64,000 bases of DNA from the human T2T-CHM13v2.0 reference genome, Homo sapiens (GCF_009914755.1 NC_060947.1), one strand, 5' to 3'. Shown: positions 13,478 through 27,638, numbered from the stretch's first letter. Notes: a model not told the origin generated them from the sequence alone. Program-made: numbers and translations.

Positions 13478-13713
13478 ACTTAGGATATGCATAGATAGGA
13501 TCATGGGCAGGGTAGATGGGGTGGAACATGTTTTTCTTTCCTCACCAGGGAAATTTGATATTCACTAACCTTGCTATGAATGGCAGAAGAGATTAGTTCC
13601 AATGGCAATGCTCGTCCTCTACCCACAATCAGGTCTACTTCTTGGACTGATTATTGATGCTGCCAGGATACAGGAAAGTGAATAAAAAGAAAAGCCATGT
13701 TAATTTCAAGCTC
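13105..13713 (+). repeat. Dispersed direct duplication: 13105-13259 copies 13552-~13713; first copy flanked by a 19-bp direct repeat
   Basis: Both copies read aat(c/t)tgatattca(t/c)taaccttgctatgaatg...gatgctgccaggatacaggaaagtgaata; atatgataaggattatcat at 13086-13104 and 13260-13278. Confidence 0.9.
13437..13474. repeat. (CT)19 microsatellite
   Basis: Direct reading. Confidence 0.95.
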
Positions 13714-14449
13714 CATTTAGAAACACACTAGAAAAATCAATGGCTGGTAAGTAGAAATCGGCAAAATTGGCAGGAAGAATTTTTACATTCAAGCATAGAA
13801 GGGGCTGGAATATAAATCTGCACACTGACCAGATAATAACCAGATAAAATGATGATGATACTAGAAAGGCACTTGACAAGGCTTTTTCCTAATGTTTTAG
13901 TGCACTGAGGAATGTTCACCTCTTAGATTCACTGAACCAAGATTCTGTCATTTAAAATTTGGGGATTAAAGTTTGTCATTAGTTTTCTCAAGCCTTACTG
14001 ATTTCACAGAACTGAAGTAGGCAGATACTGGCTCCTGGAAGGAGTGATTAACCAGCAACTTTAGTGCTAAAGGAATTTAGGAAATCTGGATTTTAGTGGG
14101 GTATACTTATGGGAGGCCCTCTTCTTCAGGTTTAAAGATCATTTTCTATGGTGAATTTAATCTCACTCAGTGTTACATCTGAAAAATGGGATATTATTCT
14201 GAGATCTTCCTCACTTATTATAAAAGAAGAGGTTTTCTAACTTTGTGATGCTGAGAGAATTACTTCTCTCATCCCCATGTTTACCAATTCTCAGCACCAA
14301 CCTGAAGTACATTTTTCTCCATGAAGCCTGCCCTGGCAATTCCAGCCTTCACTTCTTTTTGTTTCTTCTTGTGAACTTCTATGGAAATGTATGGCTTAGA
14401 GACACTACAATCCTATGGTCTTCAGTATTGTTCCTTAAATTGACTCATA

Positions 14450-14655
14450 CTTATTGGTTTATTGAGTATCTATTCTGTTGGGTATTGTACTTAACACTGA
14501 GGATACCAAAAATAGATATGGCCCCTACCTCAAGATGCTTACAGTCTAGTGGAAGAAGAGAGAGAAGTAACTGGATAATTAAAATACAATATGAAAAAGA
14601 AACCATGTGAAAAGCACCAAGACATAAGCACAGGGTGCTGTGGGAGTGCTCAGTT
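14450..14655 (-). mobile_element. L2 3' end
   Basis: tttattgagtatctattctg...cccctacctcaagatgcttacagtctagtgg. Confidence 0.65.
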
Positions 14656-14739
14656 GTGTATGTTGTTGTTCTATCCAACCAGAGATTAAGTTTCTCTAGG
14701 ACAAGATCCACATCTTCCACTTTTCTCCCATTCCCCGTA

Positions 14740-15170
14740 GTGCCTGACTTATACTATCCTTGGTCTGGAACTCTTTTCCCCCCACAGATATATGCATTCC
14801 TTGATCACTGTATTCTTTTAAGTCTTTGCTCAAAGATCAACTTCTCAGAGACAGTTGAGCTATGTTATTCAAAATTGTTTCTCTCTCCCATCCACCTTAC
14901 ACACATACAGTCACATTCTAGAAGCACATATTTTCTTCTTTCCTTGCTTTATTTTTCTACTTAGCACATATCACCATCTGACATACCATATCATCTACCT
15001 ATTTAATTTTGTTTATTATCTATCTTGCCTGCTAGAATATAAGCTCTATGAGAACAGGGATTATATCTGTCTTGTTACTATTTTTTTTTTTCTCTAGAGA
15101 GGCCTGTAACAGTACATAACAGTTACTTACAGTAACTTTAAAGATATTGGCTTAAGTTATGGATGGGTGG
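14740..15170 (+). mobile_element. L2a 3' region
   Basis: ttagcacatatcaccatctgaca...ctagaatataagctctatgagaacaggga. Confidence 0.7.
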
Positions 15171-15806
15171 TAACAGTGCAAGTTGGCTCGCAATTAGTAA
15201 TTCTTTAGTGGGTTGAATGATTTCTCTTTTAATCATTTAATAGAGAAACTACCACTACTGCCTCTACTACTACCTCTACTTTTAATTTGGCTTGATAATG
15301 AAGGGCCTGTTCTGCAATTCTTAGACCCTGAGAAGTTGCTCTTCTGGATACATGTCAGATCCCCCATAACTATGTAGCAACAGTCACACTTGCTGCCTTA
15401 AGCCTCTTTCACCCTCTGAAGGCATTTAGCACATGGACCATGCTTTGAGAATTACAGACACAGTTCATGAAATCTCTCTTCTTAAATTTATATTTAACAG
15501 TTACCATATGTTCATGACCATGATAATTTTGCCCCATACATTTGTTTTTATTTGGGGTCTTGCATGGTAGGAAGACTTTAAGAAGTCAAAGATTATTTTT
15601 TCGTCTTTTCCCACTTAACAAAATCAAAATGTTTCTTAATGCTGACGTAGTTACTAAAACCTATCTATACAAAATAGTTTGCTACTTCTAAGGTAAAGAT
15701 TGAAAAAATAGTGTCAATTTCTGTTTAGAAGATTTCTATTATTGTTCCTAGTGGAGGTACAAAAACTGGTTCACACACACAACCAAATCACTGTTATATA
15801 GCTTTC

Positions 15807-16681
<875 letters not shown>

Positions 16682-17454
16682 TAGCATCTAACTTCAGGTA
16701 AAGTTTTTGTTAAGATTTTTGCATGTCACTTTTTGGAAAACATTTAAAATCAGCATTAGTGTAGAACTTACACATGTAACTATTCAAGAGAATGCAAGAT
16801 GAATTTAGGAATAATTTCTGAGTCAGATTTACAATGCAAACATCAAACATGAGCAATAGAGCTATTAACCTTGAATCAATTGAGCTGTCTGTACATACAG
16901 GGCATTTTTTTTTTCTTGAGACATACCCAGGGGTAAAGGAGATAACGTAAACTCAGTCTGTGAATAAACAATATTGTTTACTGGAAGAGATGGCAAACAA
17001 GCTCATAGAGAAGTAATGGACATGCAGAAGATCTGGAAAAACTGAAGTAAGGCTTCAAATAAATTTGGGAAAGATTTAGTAAAAATCTAAGCCTCCACAC
17101 AGTAGCACATTATTGGCTAGTGTTGGAGATGGCTTATAGGAATCTTTATGGACTAAGATTCTTCTGGCTTTTATTCCACAGATATCTCTCTGCCAAGTGG
17201 CTTTATACTTCCCTTACTGATACTTCACATATCTTTGTGTACATTGTTAGACTGCATGGACTAAGTGTGGTACCTTGCGTCTGTACCATGATACCAGTTA
17301 GCATGGACCCCGGCACATTGGATCATTCAGAAATGTAGTTTCACCACACTCTGTGCCAGGTCATAATGATCTTCCCTTTGATCTGGCTTTCCACTAATAT
17401 TATACCATCCCTGATGTGACAATTCAATGGTTATCTGAATTTCTTATATATGAG

Positions 17455-17645
17455 TAAAATAATAATAACAATGATGATTTGTCAAGCACTTTATATCCAG
17501 CAGGCACTGTGCTCTGTGCTTTATATATTACTGTCTGTTTTAATCCTCACAACAACCCAATAAGGTATGTATTCTTATTCTACACATTTCAAAGATACAG
17601 AAACTGAGGCACAGGAAAGTTAAATAGATTGCTCAACCTCACTTA
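17455..17645 (-). mobile_element. MIR
   Basis: ttaatcctcacaacaaccc...gaaactgaggcacaggaaagttaa. Confidence 0.75.
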
Positions 17646-20600
17646 TGCATTTGTCTACTCTATTAGCTTTGCTGTGATTTCCACAAAGGTAGATATCAGA
17701 AGGTGTGAATTCTCTTTTGAAGTTGGTTCTAAACACAGTGTTATGTATATTTAGATGGCTAATCATAGTTAAACTTATAAGTGTGTCAAGTAATTTTAGG
17801 GCCTCCTGGGAGGTCTCTTTGTTCTCCCAGATATCTTTCCTACTGAATTGCTGATGCCTAAAATCTTGCAATTCAGAAATACCTTATGTTGGCTTGAAGC
17901 TTCTTGTTCCCTGTTTAAAGGGCAGATATTTCTGGAAGGATAATTCTAAAAAATATTACTGGGCATTCATGTAAGTATATTTTATTAGCTTCCTTTTTTT
18001 TTGAATGAACAAATTTTGATGGGAGCAAGTTTCGAAAACGTGAGGACCCAGGATACCTGAAGTTGGCAAGAAAAATATAGTATCAAGGGAAATATGGAAG
18101 AGGAAGACATTAAAGGTACAAAAAGTTCAACTTCATCTTGATTTCCAACCGAGCCAACCTCAGTTAATAAACAGTTTTCAATGACTCTTTTGGTAGGAAT
18201 TATTACAAAGTTATATAAAATATTTTATCATAGGGAAAGAATCGGATTCTTTGTAAATCAGGCTCTGGTTTGATTTTAGACTTTTATATTTTTATTAATT
18301 TGTGCATATTTAATGTAAATGACTAAATAATTATGTAGCGATCCATTGCTAGTTGAAATTTAGAATGGGGCATTGCCCTAAGGCAATATCTCCAGATCAG
18401 TGAAAATTCTCCTTAGTCCTAACCTTTCTTTTTATGTTTTTAATTGCAAAACTAAAAAGCAAGCAAACAAACAAAAAACCCAAACACGTTAATTTGTAAA
18501 AGAGACCAAGCAAAACTAGTAAAAAAAAAAAAAAAAAAAGAGTGCAGAAAACATAGCCTTGCTCTATGAAATTGACAGCACTTTGGTGTCTGCATTTTCT
18601 TGCAATATTAATGAGAAAGTCAAGCATCATGTTTGTGCCAAATGGCAACTTGTTTGACACACAACAGTTTCATTTTCAAGTGTAATATGTTGATTCTTTA
18701 TTGGATTATTTCAGGTTTTCTTTTTGAGTAAACTTTATATTTCCTTTGCTGTAGTATATACAACATTAAATTCTTGCCCTAAACCAATTCCTTCCAGATA
18801 TGTCAAGCTCTCCAAGTCTGGTGCAAATTATCACAGTAGTTTCTGCTGGAATTTTATGTTGTATTTTGTAAATGTAGCAAATTGACTTCATCCTCTACAT
18901 AGGTATGAGGTTAGCTATCATGAGTTGTTTCAGGACAGGATCTCATATTTTCTGGTTCACAGTCATATGATTTGTTTGGGTCCTTTTCAGTGAGATGGGA
19001 GGAAAGTGGAGACTTACAGTGAGAAGTACTCTAAATTACAAGAGATTATCAAGACAGACTAAGTCTGGACTGAGGATTGATTTTCAGGTAGCCAAGTAGG
19101 ATGGCCAACTTGACAATTAATTAGGGTAATGTGAAAAGTGGGGGAGTGTGTAGAGTGAGTTGATTGCTTGGTAATCAAATGATAGTACTTCTCATTTTCT
19201 CCTGCTGAGTACGCTAAATCTGTTTTGCAATTTTTTTTTATCTGCTACTCTTTACTTCTCCTTTAAGTAATTGCAGTAAGTCACAATTACGCTAGTCATC
19301 TCCTCTGACAATTATCAAGTTTCACCTCAAAGAATGCCTGGAACAAATTATGAAGGAAAAATCTTAGAATTGGGGACATATGGCCTTAGCAGAGTAAGCT
19401 AGTAAAATTCTCCCATGGCAAACTACTGAGTAAAGCTTCTATAAGACAGCCCTGCCAGAGATTGGCACCCTTCCTAACCCCCAAGATGTTAGTAGAGGAT
19501 AGTACTTCTTCAGAGAAAAAGCGTACAGTAGTCCCATAAGCATATAGCCTCTGCAGTGGTCTACCATACCATAGACCTTCCAGGAATCAGATAACATTTA
19601 TTTTTCCACTAACTTTTCACAAGAACATAGAATACATTTTCTTGTAGAAGATTTAGACAAGTAAGGCTGTTTCTTACATCCATTATTTTCCAGGAGGATG
19701 GCCTGTCCCCCAGATCCTTACTTGTTTATTTCCATCATCCAAGTTCATCACTTAGAACCCTCTCCTAAGCAAGGACACAGCTTCATGATTCATTTTGCAT
19801 ATAATAAACTAATTAACAAGTACATCACAAAAATCAAAATTTGCTACAGTTCAAATAGGTCTATGTGATTCTTATCACGCAAACTGTTCGAAGTAATGCA
19901 TTTTGATAGAATTGTAGTATCTTACAAATTAAAATTTCTGTCACAAAACTATACCTTTCTGTTTTCCAAAATCAAAGGTGCAATAGAATAAGCAATCCTT
20001 CAACACGCCATCAACTTTTGAGTCCCATGATTGATTTTTGTAGGCTATTAATGATTTATGTTTCACAGCATTAGGTGACATAGATTGATTTTGAGTCCTA
20101 AATGTTTCAATAACGACCTCATTTTGCGGAGTGGTTATTAATGTGGTAGTATAGTTTAACAGCACTACACCCTTTTAAAAGCAGTTTAATATTTTTTTAA
20201 GCAAAACTAAGATTTTACACAAGGTCATTCTAGGCTCTCAAACTTTATTTTACATAACGTAAAATTTTTATAAAAATGTAAGATTATCATCTCATTTTAA
20301 GATGGCATTTTATTAATTAAGAGTGAAAATGTTAATTTTGTAGATATTTTTCATGCACCTAGAGAATATTTTAAACACATAAAAAATGAGATATACCTTT
20401 CTTTACAATTACGTTCTTTGCTAGTGAACATGGGAGTCTTCATTTCCCTTCTTACAAATATTGCTGAATTTAATTCAGTAAAAGTGGTCATTTTTCATAT
20501 TTATCTGTAAATTGCACTGAATTTTGTTGTAGTCACATTAGGAAGTAATGATTTATATGCTTTCTAATTATTTATCTGCTTATATAAGCATAGTCTCATT

Positions 20601-21539
20601 TTAGAAATGTTATTGAATTAATGTTGTAATACCTGGAACAAAGAAAAATAATTTCCATAGACTAAGCTCTGCTTTTCAGAAATCTGATCTTGTTTTGCAT
20701 GCTGTACTCTGTAATATAGGTAAATGCAGGTGCCAATCAGGCAATTTATTATAAAATTTAAATAGACGCTGGGAAAAGTGCATAGAAAATGCTTATCTAC
20801 TGAAAAGTGGCTGTTTTCCTGAATATAAACTCTAAGAGGCTGAAACCAAATAGTTAAAGTATCTGTCCTATTGCAGAACTAGGGACACAATACAACCTGA
20901 GGAGTTACTGGTTGCTCTCTTTTATTCCCATGTGAGGATATTGGAATGAGAAGGTGCATGGCAGTTGTATGTTCTGGAAAGCTTGTAATATAGACAAGAG
21001 AAGGTGGTGAGAATTTTTTGAGAACTTTTCCCTAAGTCTTCTGTTAAACTGAAGCTTAGAGTAACTCACAAATAAGTGAACTAAAAAAAGGAGATAAAAT
21101 AAATGTTTAGTTTTTAAAAATGCTACTTTTATGAAAAATCCAAGCTTACCACTAAAGAAAAAATATTCTACCATGTTCAAAGTCATATTTGGTCAACAGG
21201 CATATATGCTTCTCTTTATGGAATACTTGTTTCCTGAAACAACATGAAAATCTCATTTTATAATAGACTGGAAATTATTGTTTACAACATGTAAATATGC
21301 TTACAGAAATGTGCAGATATGATATACAAATGCTGAAAAAACACGGAAGAATAACAAAAAGTTGGGGCCTGGCTTCAGGTATATTTTTAAAGCCTTTTAA
21401 GAAGAATTCAAATGATGGAAGGGGCATAAGTTGGTGTGGGGACTATGAGCAAAAGAAATTCATGAGGTGATATTTTTCTTTCTAAATAAGTACCCATTTT
21501 CAATGATTAATGTAGAAAATTAGTTGCCTTGTTGGAAGC

Positions 21540-21609
21540 TGTTATTTATTGCTGAATAACATACCATCCCAAAGCCTATGCCTTTTAACAATAACTTTCA
21601 ACATCCATG
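21540..21609 (-). mobile_element. MLT1 (H-like) LTR, left piece interrupted by HERV9
   Basis: gttatttattgctgaataaca...cccaaa resembles an antisense MLT1 3' end; continues at 36290. Confidence 0.5.
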
Positions 21610-21613
21610 GTAA

Positions 21614-22298
21614 TGAGAGGTGAAGCCGGCTGGGCTTCTGGGTCGGGTGGGGACTTGGAGAACTTTTCTGTCTAGCTAAAGGATTGTAAACACACCAATC
21701 AGTGCTCTGTCTAGCTAAAGGTTTGTAAATGCACCAATCAGCACTCTGTAAAATGGACCAATCAGCACTCTGTAAAAGTGGACCAATCAGCACTCTGTAA
21801 AATGGACCAATCAGCAGGACGTGGATGGGGCCAAATAAGGGAATAAAAGCTGGCCACCCAAGCCAGCAGTGGCAACCTGCTTGGGTCCCCTTCCATGCTG
21901 TAGAAGCTTTGTTCTTTCGCTCTTCTCAGTAAATCTTGCTGCTGCTCACTCTTTGGGTCCGCACTACCTTTATGAGCTGTAACACTCACTGAGAAGGTCT
22001 GTGGCTTCACTCCTGAAGTCAGCAAGACCACAAACCCACTGGGAGGAACAAACAACTCCGGACGCCCCACCTTTAAAAGCTGTAACACACACTGCGAAGG
22101 TCTGCGGCTTCACTCCTGGTCAAGCGAGATCAAGAACCCACTGGAAGGAAGAAACTCCAGACACATCTGAAGATCTGAAGGAACAAACTCCGGACACACC
22201 ATCTTTAAGAACTGTAACACTCACTGTGAGGGTCCGCGGCTTCATTCTTGAAGTCAGCGAGACCAAGAACCCACCAGAAGGAACCAATTCCAGACACA
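21614..22298 (+). promoter_or_regulatory. 5' LTR12 (685 bp) with five CCAAT (NF-Y) boxes and TATA-like AATAAAAG
   Basis: tgagaggtgaagccggctggg...ccagacaca; CCAAT at 21695, 21734, 21758, 21783, 21807; aataaaag at 21842. Confidence 0.9.
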
Positions 22299-22301
22299 TT
22301 T

Positions 22302-22319
22302 TGGTGACCACAAAGGGAC
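22302..22319 (+). other. Primer binding site (tRNA-Arg type)
   Basis: tggtgaccacaaagggac just after the LTR; near-complement of a tRNA-Arg 3' end, as expected for ERV9. Confidence 0.8.
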
Positions 22320-22335
22320 TATCACCTATCGCCAA

Positions 22336-22344
22336 GCGGTGAGT
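22336..22344 (+). promoter_or_regulatory. Retroviral major splice donor
   Basis: gcg|gtgagt about 20 nt downstream of the PBS. Confidence 0.65.
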
Positions 22345-23191
22345 ACCATTGGACCCCTTTTGCTTGCTATTCTGTCCTATTTTTCCTTAGAATTCGGGAG
22401 CTAAATACTGGGCACCTGTCGGCCAGTTAAAAGCGACTAGTGCGGCCACCAGACTAAAGACACGGGTGTCAGGCTTTCTGGGAAAGGGCTCTCTAACAAC
22501 CCCCGACTCTTCGGAGTTGGGAGCGTTGGTTTGCCTGGAACAAGCTTCTGCTTTTCCTGTACTTCTGGGCTGAGTCAAGGTCAACAGAGAGGAAAGCCAT
22601 TCAGCTCCAGGGTCCCGACAACAAGTTGGTTGACCCTGTGACCATGAGCGGAACTCTCGAAGTCATGTTGCCCAAGCGAGACTCGCCCATCTATTCTATC
22701 TATCTTGACCCTTGCCTCTTGGGTCCTAATGCCTGCCAGACAAACTTCCTCTTGCCTCTTCTTTGAGGCTAGTCCCACTTCTAAAAACCACTCCCTATCT
22801 CTGGTGCTTTTCTAGTTTCTCCTATAAGAATGATTTCTAGTGTAAACTCCAGGACTCTGTTACCTTCTTTAGGCACCCAGGCTCACCAATCAGAAAGACA
22901 TAATTTTTACCCAAAGCCCCATCACAGGGGGGACTGCCTGGAATTTTAGGATCCCTCCTCAGACTAGCAGGCCTAACAAAAGCTATTCCTGAAGCTAGGA
23001 TATGGGGAACCTCAGAAATTGTATCCTTCCTATTCATATAAGTGAGGACAAAAAACATCACTCTTCCAACTCTGGAGATCCCTCCCCTCCCTCAGGGTAT
23101 GGCCCTCCACTTCATTTTTGGGGCATAACATCTTTATAGGACAGGGGTAAAGTCCCAATACTAATAGGAGAATGCTTAGGACTCTAACAGA

Positions 23192-23593
23192 TTTTCGAGA
23201 ATGCATCAGTAAGGGCCGCTAAATCCGATTTTTCTCAGTCCTCTTTGTGGTCTAGGAGGACAGGCAAGGGTGCAGGTTTTTGAGAATGCATTGGTAAGGG
23301 CCACTAAATCTGATTTTTCTCGGTCCTCTTTGTGGTCTAGGAGGACAGGCAAGGGTGCAAGTTTTTGAGAATGCATCAGTAAGGGCCACTAAATCAGACC
23401 TTCCTCAGTCCTCCTTGTGGTCTAGGAGGAAAACTAGTGTTTCTGCTGCTGCGTTGATGAGTGCAACTATTCCAATCAGCAGGGTCCAGGGACCGTTGCG
23501 GGTTCTTGGGCAAGAGGTGTTTCTGCTGCTGCGTCAGTGAGTGCAACTATTCTGATCAGCAGGGTCCAGGGACTGTTGCAGGTTCTTGGGCAG
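23192..23593 (+). repeat. ERV9 leader tandem repeats (85-bp unit x~3; 80-bp unit x2)
   Basis: gagaatgc at 23197/23282/23367; gtgtttctgctgctgcgt at 23437/23517. Confidence 0.85.
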
Positions 23594-23639
23594 GGGAAGA
23601 AACAAACAAAGCAAAACCATGGGCAATTTTGTCTTTCAG

Positions 23640-25110
23640 ATGGAAAACACTCAGGCATCAACAGGCTCACCTTTGAAATGCATCCTAAGCCATTGGGACC
23701 AATTTGACCCGCAAACCCTGAAAAAGAGGTGGCTCATTTTTTTCTGCACTATGGCCTGGCCCCAATATTCTCTCTCTGATGGGGAAAAATGGCCACCTAA
23801 GGGAAGTATAAATTACAATACTGTCCTGCAGCTTGACCTTTTCTGTAAGAGCTAAGGCAAATGGAGTGAAATACCTTATATCCAAGCTTTCTTTTCATTG
23901 AAGGAGAATACACAACTATGCAAAGCTTGCAATTTACATCCCACAGGAGGACATCTCAGCTTACCCCCATATCCTAGCCTCCCTATAGCTCCCCTTCCTA
24001 TTAATGATAAGCCTCCTCTAATCTCCCCTGCCCAGAAGGAAATAAGCAAAGAAATCTCCAAAGGACCACAAAAACCCCCAGGCTATCGGTTATGTCCCCT
24101 TCAAGCTGTAGGGGGAATGGAATTTGGCCCAACCCAAGTAGATGTCCCCTTCTCCCTCTCTGATTTAAAGCAGATCAAGGAGACCTGGGGAAGTTTTCAG
24201 ATGATCCTGATAGGTACATAGATGTCCTACAGGGTCTAGGGCAAACCTTCAACCTCACTTGGAGAGATGTCATGCTATTGTAAGATCAAACCCTGGCCTT
24301 TAATGAAAAGAATGTAGCTTCAGCTGCAGCCTGAGAGTTTGGAGATACCTGGTATCTTAGTCAAGTAAATGATAGAATGACAGCCGAAGAAAGGGACAAA
24401 TTCCCTACTGGTCAGCAAGCCATCCCCAGTATGGATCCCCACTGGGACCTTGACTCAGATCATGGGGACTGGAGTCGTAAACATCTATTGACCTGTGTTC
24501 TAGAAGGACTAAGAAGAATTAGGAAAAAGCCCATGAATTATTCAATGATGTCCACCATAACTCAGGGAAAGGAAGAAAATCCTTCTGCCTTCCTCGAGTG
24601 GCTATGGGAGGCCTTAAGAAAATATACTCCCCTGTCACCCAACTCACTAGAGGGTCAACTGATTCTAAAAGAAAAGTTTATTACCCAATCAGCCGCAGAT
24701 ATCAGGAGAAAGCTCCAAAAGCAAGCCCTGGGTCCTGAACAAAATCTGGAGGCATTATTAAACCTGGCAACCTCGGTGTTCTATAATAGGGACCAAGAGG
24801 AACAGGCCCAAAAGGAAAAAGCTAGATCAGAGAAAGGCCATAGCCTTAGTCATGGCCCTCAGACAAACAAACCTTGGTGGCTCAGAGAGGACAGAAAATG
24901 GAGCAGGCCAATCACCTGGTAGGGCTTGTTATCAATGTGGTTTATAAGGACACTTTAAAAAAGATTGTCCAATGAGAAACAAGCCACCCTCTCATCCATG
25001 TCTGCTATGCTGAGGCAATCACTGGAAGGTGCACTGCCCCAGAGTGCAATGGTTCTCTGGGCTGGAAGCCCCCAACCAGATGATCCAACAACAGGACCGA
25101 GGGTGCCCGG
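23640..25110 (+). pseudogene. gag: HERV9 gag (stops and frameshifts)
   Basis: [29 protein letters not shown] (MA), PPPY late motif, capsid MHR QGKEENPSAFL, zinc knuckle CYQCGL*GHFKKDC. Confidence 0.9.
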
Positions 25111-27300
25111 GCAAGCGCCAGCTCATGTCATCACCCTCACTGAGGCCTGGGTATGTTTAACCATTGAGGGCCAGGAAATTGACTTCCTCCTGGACACTGG
25201 CACAGCCTTCTCAGTGTTAATCTCCTGTCCCAGATGACTGTCCTCAAGGTCTGTTACCATCTGAATAATGCTGGGACAGCCTGTAACCAGGTATTTCTCC
25301 CACCTCCTCAGTTGTAATTGGGAGACTTTGCTCTTTTCACATGCCTTTTTTGTTATGCCTGAAAGTCCCACACCCTTATTAGGGAGGGATATATTAGCCA
25401 AAGCTGGAGCTATTATCTACGTGAATATGGGGAACAAGTTACCCATTTGTTGTCCCCTACTTGAGGAGGGAATCAAACCTGAAGTCTGGGCATTGGAAGG
25501 ACAATTTGGAAGGGCAAAAAATGCCTGCCCAGTCCAAATCAGGCTAAAAGACCCCACCACTTTTCCTTATCAAAAGAAATATCCCTTAAGGCCTGAAGCT
25601 GATAAAGGATTACAGGATATTGTTAAACATTTAAAAGCCTTAGGCTTAGTAAGGAAATGCAGCAGTCCCTGCAACACCCCAATTCTAGGAGTACAAAAAC
25701 TAAATGGTCAGTGGAGACTAGTGCAAGATCTTAGACTCATCAGTGAGGCAGTAATTCCTGTATATCCAGTTGTACCCAACCCCTATACTCTGCTCTCTCA
25801 AATACCAGAGGAAGCAGAATGGTTCACTGTTCTGGACCTCAAGGATGCCTTCTTCTGTATTCCCCTGCACTCTGACTCCCAGTTTCTCTTTGCCTTTGAG
25901 GATCCCACAGACCACACATCCCAACTTATGTGGACGGTCTTGCCCCAAAGGTTTAGGGATAGCCCTCATCCGTTTGGTCAGGCACTGGCCCAGGATCTAG
26001 GCCACTTCTCAAGTCCAGGCACTCTGGCCCTTCAGTATGTGGATGAATTACTTTTGGCTACCAGTTTGGAAACCTCATGCAAGCAGGCTACTCTAGATCT
26101 GCTGAACTTTCTAGCTAATCAAGGGTACAAGGTGTCTAGGTTGAAGGCCCAGCTTTTCCTACAGCAGGTCAAATATCTAGGCCTAATCTTAGCCAGAGAG
26201 ACCAGGGCCCTCAGCAAGGAATGAATACAGCCATAATGGCTTATCCTTGCCCTAAGACATTAAAACAGTTGTGGGGGTTCCTTGGAATCACCGGCTTTTG
26301 CCAACTATGGATCCCCAGATATAGTGAGATGACTAGACCACTCTACACTCTAATCAAGGAGACCCAGAGGGCAAATACTCATCTAGTAGAATGGGAACCA
26401 GGGACAGAAACAGCCTTCAAAACCTTAAAGCAGGCCTTAGTACAAGCTCCAGCTTTAAGCCTTCCCACACGGCAAAACTTCTCTTTATACGTCACAGAGA
26501 GAGCAGAGATAGCTCTTGGAGTCCTTACTTAGACTCGTGGGACAACCCCACAACCAGTGGCATACCTAAGTAGGGAAATTGATGTAGTAGCAAAAAGCTG
26601 GCCTCACTGTTTAAGAGTAGTTGCAGCAGTGGCCATCTTAGTGTCAGAGGCTATCAAAATAATACAAGGAAAGGATCTCACTGTCTGGACTACTCATGAC
26701 GTAAATGGCATACTAGGTGCCAAAGAAAGTTTATGGCTATCAGACACCACCTACTTAGATACCAGGCACTACTCCTTGAGGGACCAGTGCTTCAAATACA
26801 TACTTGTGTGGCCCTCAACCCTGCCACTTTTCTCCCAGAGGATGGGGAACCAATCGAGCATGACTGCCACAAATTATAGTCCAGACTTATGCTGCCCAAA
26901 ATGATTTCTTCAAAGTCCCCTTAGCTAATCCTGACCTTAACCTATATACCGATGGAAGTTCATTTGTGGAGAATGGGATATTAAGGGCAGGTTATGCCAT
27001 AGTTAGTGATGTAACCATACTTGAAAATAAGCCTCTTCCCCCAGGGACCAGCGCCCAGTTAGCAGAACTAGTGGCACTTACCCGAGCCTTAGAACTGCGA
27101 AAGGGAAAAAGAATAAATGTGTATACAAATAGCAAGTATGCTTATCTAATCCTACATGCCCATGCTGCAATATGGAAATAAAGGGAGTTCCTAACCTCTA
27201 GGAGAAAGCCCATTAAATACCACAAGGAAATTATGGAGTTATTGCACTCAGTGAAAAAACCCAAGGAGGTGGCAGTCTTACACCGCCAAAGCCATCAAAA
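25111..27300 (+). pseudogene. pol: HERV9 pro-pol (protease, RT, RNase H); integrase absent
   Basis: FLLDTG protease; RT LDLKDAFF, LPQRF, YVDE; RNase H YTDGSS and SAQLAELVALTRAL; multiple stops. Confidence 0.92.
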
Positions 27301-27344
27301 AGGGGAAGCAGAAGGGAGAACAGCAGCATAAGTGGTTGGCAGAG

Positions 27345-27573
27345 GCAAGGAAAGACCAGAAGAAAGAAAAGAGAGAAAGAGACAGAAAGTCAGAGAGAGA
27401 GAGAGAGAGAGAGAGGAAGAGACAGAGACAAGGAAGGAGAGAGAGAGGAGAAGAGACAGAGACAAAGAGGGAGTCAGAGAGAGAGAGAGAGAGAGAGAAA
27501 GTCAGAGAAAGGAAGAGACAGACAAAAAGGGAGTCAGAAAGAGAGAGACGAAGAAGTCAAAGAGAAAGAAAGA
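27345..27573. repeat. GA-rich low-complexity tract between RNase H and env
   Basis: (GA)n interspersed with gtcaga/gacaga units. Confidence 0.9.
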
Positions 27574-27638
27574 CCTTCTTTCTATCTTCCTTCTTTCTGA
27601 CAGCAATTTACTCCTACCTTTAATTCAGCCTGGATAAA

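Noticed and set aside
18521-18539. A19 run as an orphan retroposed tail
   Set aside because: No convincing target-site duplication or attached element.
19941-20165. 74-aa minus-strand ORF with a few CpGs and an AAG|GTATAG donor-like site
   Set aside because: Length is within chance, no clear acceptor and no recognisable motif.
21690-23593. Regular short repeats in the LTR and leader as a CRISPR-like array
   Set aside because: Head-to-tail units without unique spacers; standard ERV9 LTR/leader repeats in primate DNA; no cas genes.
27332-27637. Arg/Glu-rich ORFs of 95-101 aa
   Set aside because: Translation of a GA microsatellite, which lacks stop codons by composition.
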